A stretch of 64,000 nucleotides of DNA, from NCBI GenBank assembly GCA_033764015.1, contig JANRJK010000036.1, positions 192,001-256,000 on the forward strand, in the 5' to 3' direction. The position numbers and the translations under genes were made by a program. Source of the stretch: Candidatus Sumerlaeia bacterium (GTDB lineage: Bacteria; Sumerlaeota; Sumerlaeia; SLMS01; JANRJK01). Below, piece after piece: positions 58,592 through 64,000 of the stretch; the stretch's first letter is position 1, and each line of letters starts with the position of its first letter. A model generated the notes under the pieces. The model made no database searches, had not been told where the DNA came from, and saw only the letters and a program-made list of their open reading frames with translations.

Positions 58592-60061
58592 GTGCCCGCT
58601 ACCGCAGCGCCGCAGCCGGAGCAGTTCACAAGCCTCGCGCCGAAGTCCGCCGCGCGCCGCGCCGAAGCGCCCGTGGAGCCGCCGGATCCGGCCGCGCTCG
58701 AAGCCGCGACCATCGCCATGGGGCGCAAGATCTTCGCCCTCGCGGACCGGCAGAAGACAGACCTGTTCAGCGCCGAGACGCTCCGCTCGAAGATGCTCGA
58801 GCTGATGATGAAGGACGAGAACCTCCGCTACCGGATGCTGCGGTTCACCGACGTCTATGTGGCGCTCAAGTCCTCCCGCGCGGTGGCCCAGCACCTCGTC
58901 GAGTACCTCGAATCACCGGCACTCGAGGTCGGGCTGAAGCCGACGCCGCTGCTCGCGCTGGCGCGGCGCGGCGGCCGCATCGGAGCGTACTTCCCCGCGG
59001 TCACGGACTGGGCCACGCGGCAGGGAACGATGCAGATGGCGCGGCACTTCATCGCGGGCGACAAGCCGGCGGAGGTGGCGCAGACGATCCGCCGGACCGA
59101 GGCGCAGGGCTTCATGTTCTCGCTCGACCTGCTCGGCGAGTTCGTCGCCAGCGAGCGCCAGGCGGACGATTTCGCGGGGCGCTACGAGGAAATGGTGGCG
59201 CGCTTCGGGCGCGTGCTGGGCGCGATGCCGCGGAACCGTCCGCAGGCGGTGCGCGCCTGCGGCCCGCGCGTGAACGTGTCGATCAAGCTCAGTTCGCTCA
59301 CGTCGAAGTTCGAACCCGCCGATCCGGAGGGCACGAGCGCCGCGGTTCGCGAGCGGCTGCGCCCGCTCTTCCGCGCGGCCGTCAAGAGCGGCGCCTTCAT
59401 CAACGTCGACATGGAGAAGTTCGAGTACCGCGCGCTCACGCTGCGGATCCTCCGCGACCTGCTCTCCGAGCCCGAGTTCCGCGGCTTCCCCAACGTCGGC
59501 ACGGTGGCGCAGGCGTACCTGCGCGACGCCGACACGGTGCTCTCGGACTTCTTGGATTGGGCGGTCGGCGCGAAGCAGCCGATCACGATCCGGCTGGTGA
59601 AGGGCGCCTACTGGGACAGCGAGCAGATCTGGGCGCGCTCGCGCCGCTGGCCGATCCCGGTGCTGCTGCACAAGCACGAGACGGACGCGATGTACGAGCG
59701 CTGCCTCGGCGTGCTGCTGCCGCGCCACAGTCAAGGTATCCGCACCGCGATCGCGAGCCACAACGTGCGCTCCATCGCGCACGGCCTCGCGCTGGCGAAG
59801 GCGCTCCGCGTCCCGGAGGGGCGCTACGAGTGCCAGGTGCTCTTCGGCATGGCGGGACCGTTCAAGGAGGCGCTGCGGCGCATGGGCGTGCCGGTGCGCA
59901 TCTACACGCCGTGCGGCGATTTGCTGGAGGGCATGGCGTACCTGGTTCGCCGCATCCTCGAGAACACCAGCAACGAGTCGTTCCTGCGGCTGCGCTTCAC
60001 GGAGGGCGCGGCGGTCGAGGCGCTGCTGAAGAACCCCGCGCGCGCGCACCTGCCGGGCTGA
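58592..60061 (+). CDS. Proline dehydrogenase (PutA-type PRODH domain only)
   Basis: SLDLLGE, NVDME, QAYLRD, RLVKGAY, ASHN, YLVRRILENTSNESF; AGGAG RBS. Confidence 0.92.
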   Translation: MPATAAPQPEQFTSLAPKSAARRAEAPVEPPDPAALEAATIAMGRKIFALADRQKTDLFSAETLRSKMLELMMKDENLRYRMLRFTDVYVALKSSRAVAQHLVEYLESPALEVGLKPTPLLALARRGGRIGAYFPAVTDWATRQGTMQMARHFIAGDKPAEVAQTIRRTEAQGFMFSLDLLGEFVASERQADDFAGRYEEMVARFGRVLGAMPRNRPQAVRACGPRVNVSIKLSSLTSKFEPADPEGTSAAVRERLRPLFRAAVKSGAFINVDMEKFEYRALTLRILRDLLSEPEFRGFPNVGTVAQAYLRDADTVLSDFLDWAVGAKQPITIRLVKGAYWDSEQIWARSRRWPIPVLLHKHETDAMYERCLGVLLPRHSQGIRTAIASHNVRSIAHGLALAKALRVPEGRYECQVLFGMAGPFKEALRRMGVPVRIYTPCGDLLEGMAYLVRRILENTSNESFLRLRFTEGAAVEALLKNPARAHLPG

Positions 60062-60069
60062 CGGGCAAT

Positions 60070-60094
60070 CCCGCCCGCGGGCCGGCGGGTCTTT
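60070..60094 (+). terminator. Possible Rho-independent terminator
   Basis: CCCGCC...GGCGGG followed by TCTTT, just after the PRODH stop. Confidence 0.4.
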
Positions 60095-60126
60095 ACCGGG
60101 TGAAGTCTCCGCACAGGGCCACTGCC

Positions 60127-61419
60127 ATGCGACTCGCGCTCCTCCTGCTCCTGATCCTCTCGCTGCTGCCGGCGTCCGCGCCGGCGCAGTCCGGCTCCGC
60201 GTCCTTCCGCTCGAAGGAGCAGCTCGACGAGGCAGGGAAGTCGCTCCGCCGGGCGGTGACCGCTTGGCAGAACGCGGAGCGGCAGAGCCTGCCGGCGCAG
60301 TGGGCGCCGCTGCTTCTGCCCCCGGGCGGACGGGCCGACTTCGGCGGCGGCGTGTCGCTGCTGCTGGTCCGCGTCCGCGATGCGGAGGAGCTGGAGGCCA
60401 CGGTGCTCGTCACGTCGCCGGATGGCGCGGACACCAAGGACCTCGCCGCGCAGGCGCCCGCGCAGCTTGGACCGCTGGAGGCGCAGGTGATGGCGTGGCC
60501 CCACGAGAACGCCGGGCGCGCGCTGCTGCTGGTGCGCCGCGCGGGCGATCCGCCGCCGCTCGCCGATCCGGCGGGCAAGCCCGCCTCGCCGAAGATCGAA
60601 GGCGACAGCGCGACGGGAATCTTGACTGTAACAAGCAACGATGCGGAGGAGCTGCGCTTCGCCCGCACCGTCCTCGATGCGCTCGCCGCGGGCGAGGCTC
60701 CCGAGGCCGCCTCGCGCAAGGCCTTCGCCGCGGTGCCGCCGCGAAGCCGCCCGGCGCGGCTCGCCGACGCGTCGTATGAACCGGCGCCTCGCTTGGCGGC
60801 GGAGTCCGACTTCGACGGCGGCGAGGACGAAGGGTACTTCGGCGCCGGTGTGACGCTGCGCGCCGTCAGCGGCACCAGCGAGGCGATCCGCGAACTCGAG
60901 TCGACGCTCCGTTACAATTCGGAAGGGCGCCGGGGACAGCCGCCGACGCGCGTGAAGACCGGCCCCGACGGAGCGGAAGTCGTAGTCGGCGGGCCGGAGG
61001 ACCAGTTCTCCGGGCGGCTGAAGGTGCTCGAGGCGAACGGCGAGGTGAACGCGACGAACGAGAGCTACACCTACGTGCCGTTGGACCGCAGCCGTGCCTC
61101 GATGGTGATTTCCGACGGCACGCGGACGTGGGATGTGCTCCTCCGCGCGCGGCCCGCCGGCGGCGACGCGGCGGAGGTCGAGATCGACCTCATCGACCGC
61201 ACCGGCGCCGCGGGCAAGGCAGCCACGCGCACCCGCGCGCGCGTCCGCGACGGCCAGTCGATCCTCATCTCGAAGCTCGAAAGCTCGCGCCGGGAGGAGT
61301 ACCGCTCCGCGCCGCCGCTGCTCGGCGACCTGCCTTGGATCGGCGGTGTCATCGGCGGCTCGGGCCGCAACGACAGCACCGCGACGACGGCGCTGTTCGC
61401 GACCATCGACCTGCAGTAG
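60127..61419 (+). CDS. Secreted protein with divergent secretin (T2SS/T3SS/T4P) C-terminal domain
   Basis: Signal peptide; N3-like IEGDSATGILTV..ELRFARTVLDAL; RVRDGQSILI...PPLLGDLPWIGGVI. Confidence 0.65.
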   Translation: MRLALLLLLILSLLPASAPAQSGSASFRSKEQLDEAGKSLRRAVTAWQNAERQSLPAQWAPLLLPPGGRADFGGGVSLLLVRVRDAEELEATVLVTSPDGADTKDLAAQAPAQLGPLEAQVMAWPHENAGRALLLVRRAGDPPPLADPAGKPASPKIEGDSATGILTVTSNDAEELRFARTVLDALAAGEAPEAASRKAFAAVPPRSRPARLADASYEPAPRLAAESDFDGGEDEGYFGAGVTLRAVSGTSEAIRELESTLRYNSEGRRGQPPTRVKTGPDGAEVVVGGPEDQFSGRLKVLEANGEVNATNESYTYVPLDRSRASMVISDGTRTWDVLLRARPAGGDAAEVEIDLIDRTGAAGKAATRTRARVRDGQSILISKLESSRREEYRSAPPLLGDLPWIGGVIGGSGRNDSTATTALFATIDLQ

Positions 61420-61452
61420 GTCCGGGGAGCGGTGATCGCCGCTCCCCGTGCG

Positions 61453-64000
<2,548 letters not shown>

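Overview
High-GC bacterial chromosomal window with about 40 CDSs and no tRNA, rRNA, CRISPR array or IS that I can recognise. The pilin-like protein style (AVPNFLEAQTRSKVSR...YDPSNGTTSAGNI), the HRDLKPSQV kinase and the duplicated C-terminal domain of the subtilase suggest Candidatus Sumerlaeota (BRC1) or a relative; this is inference only. Housekeeping genes: iscS-iscU-iscA-hscB, tmk, ugd, deoC, obgE, rpiB, tsaD, proline dehydrogenase, partial alaS. Other content: a peptide ABC transporter (SBP plus two enlarged permeases), an Amt-PAS-PAS fusion, a Ser/Thr kinase, an S8 protease, two GT4s, a flippase and a GT-C-like protein. Best candidates for novelty: (1) a mostly coupled operon SH3 protein - M48 lipoprotein - AsmA/YdbH-like bridge - DUF1318-like lipoprotein - 2469-aa exported PD40/TPR/CHAT caspase-like protease; (2) DeoC and RpiB with microcompartment-type extensions, suggesting a satellite locus of a sugar-phosphate BMC; (3) a lower-GC two-gene secreted cassette behind a G11 tract in its putative promoter spacer (possible phase variation). 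Domain calls come from motif recognition by eye; no searches were run.
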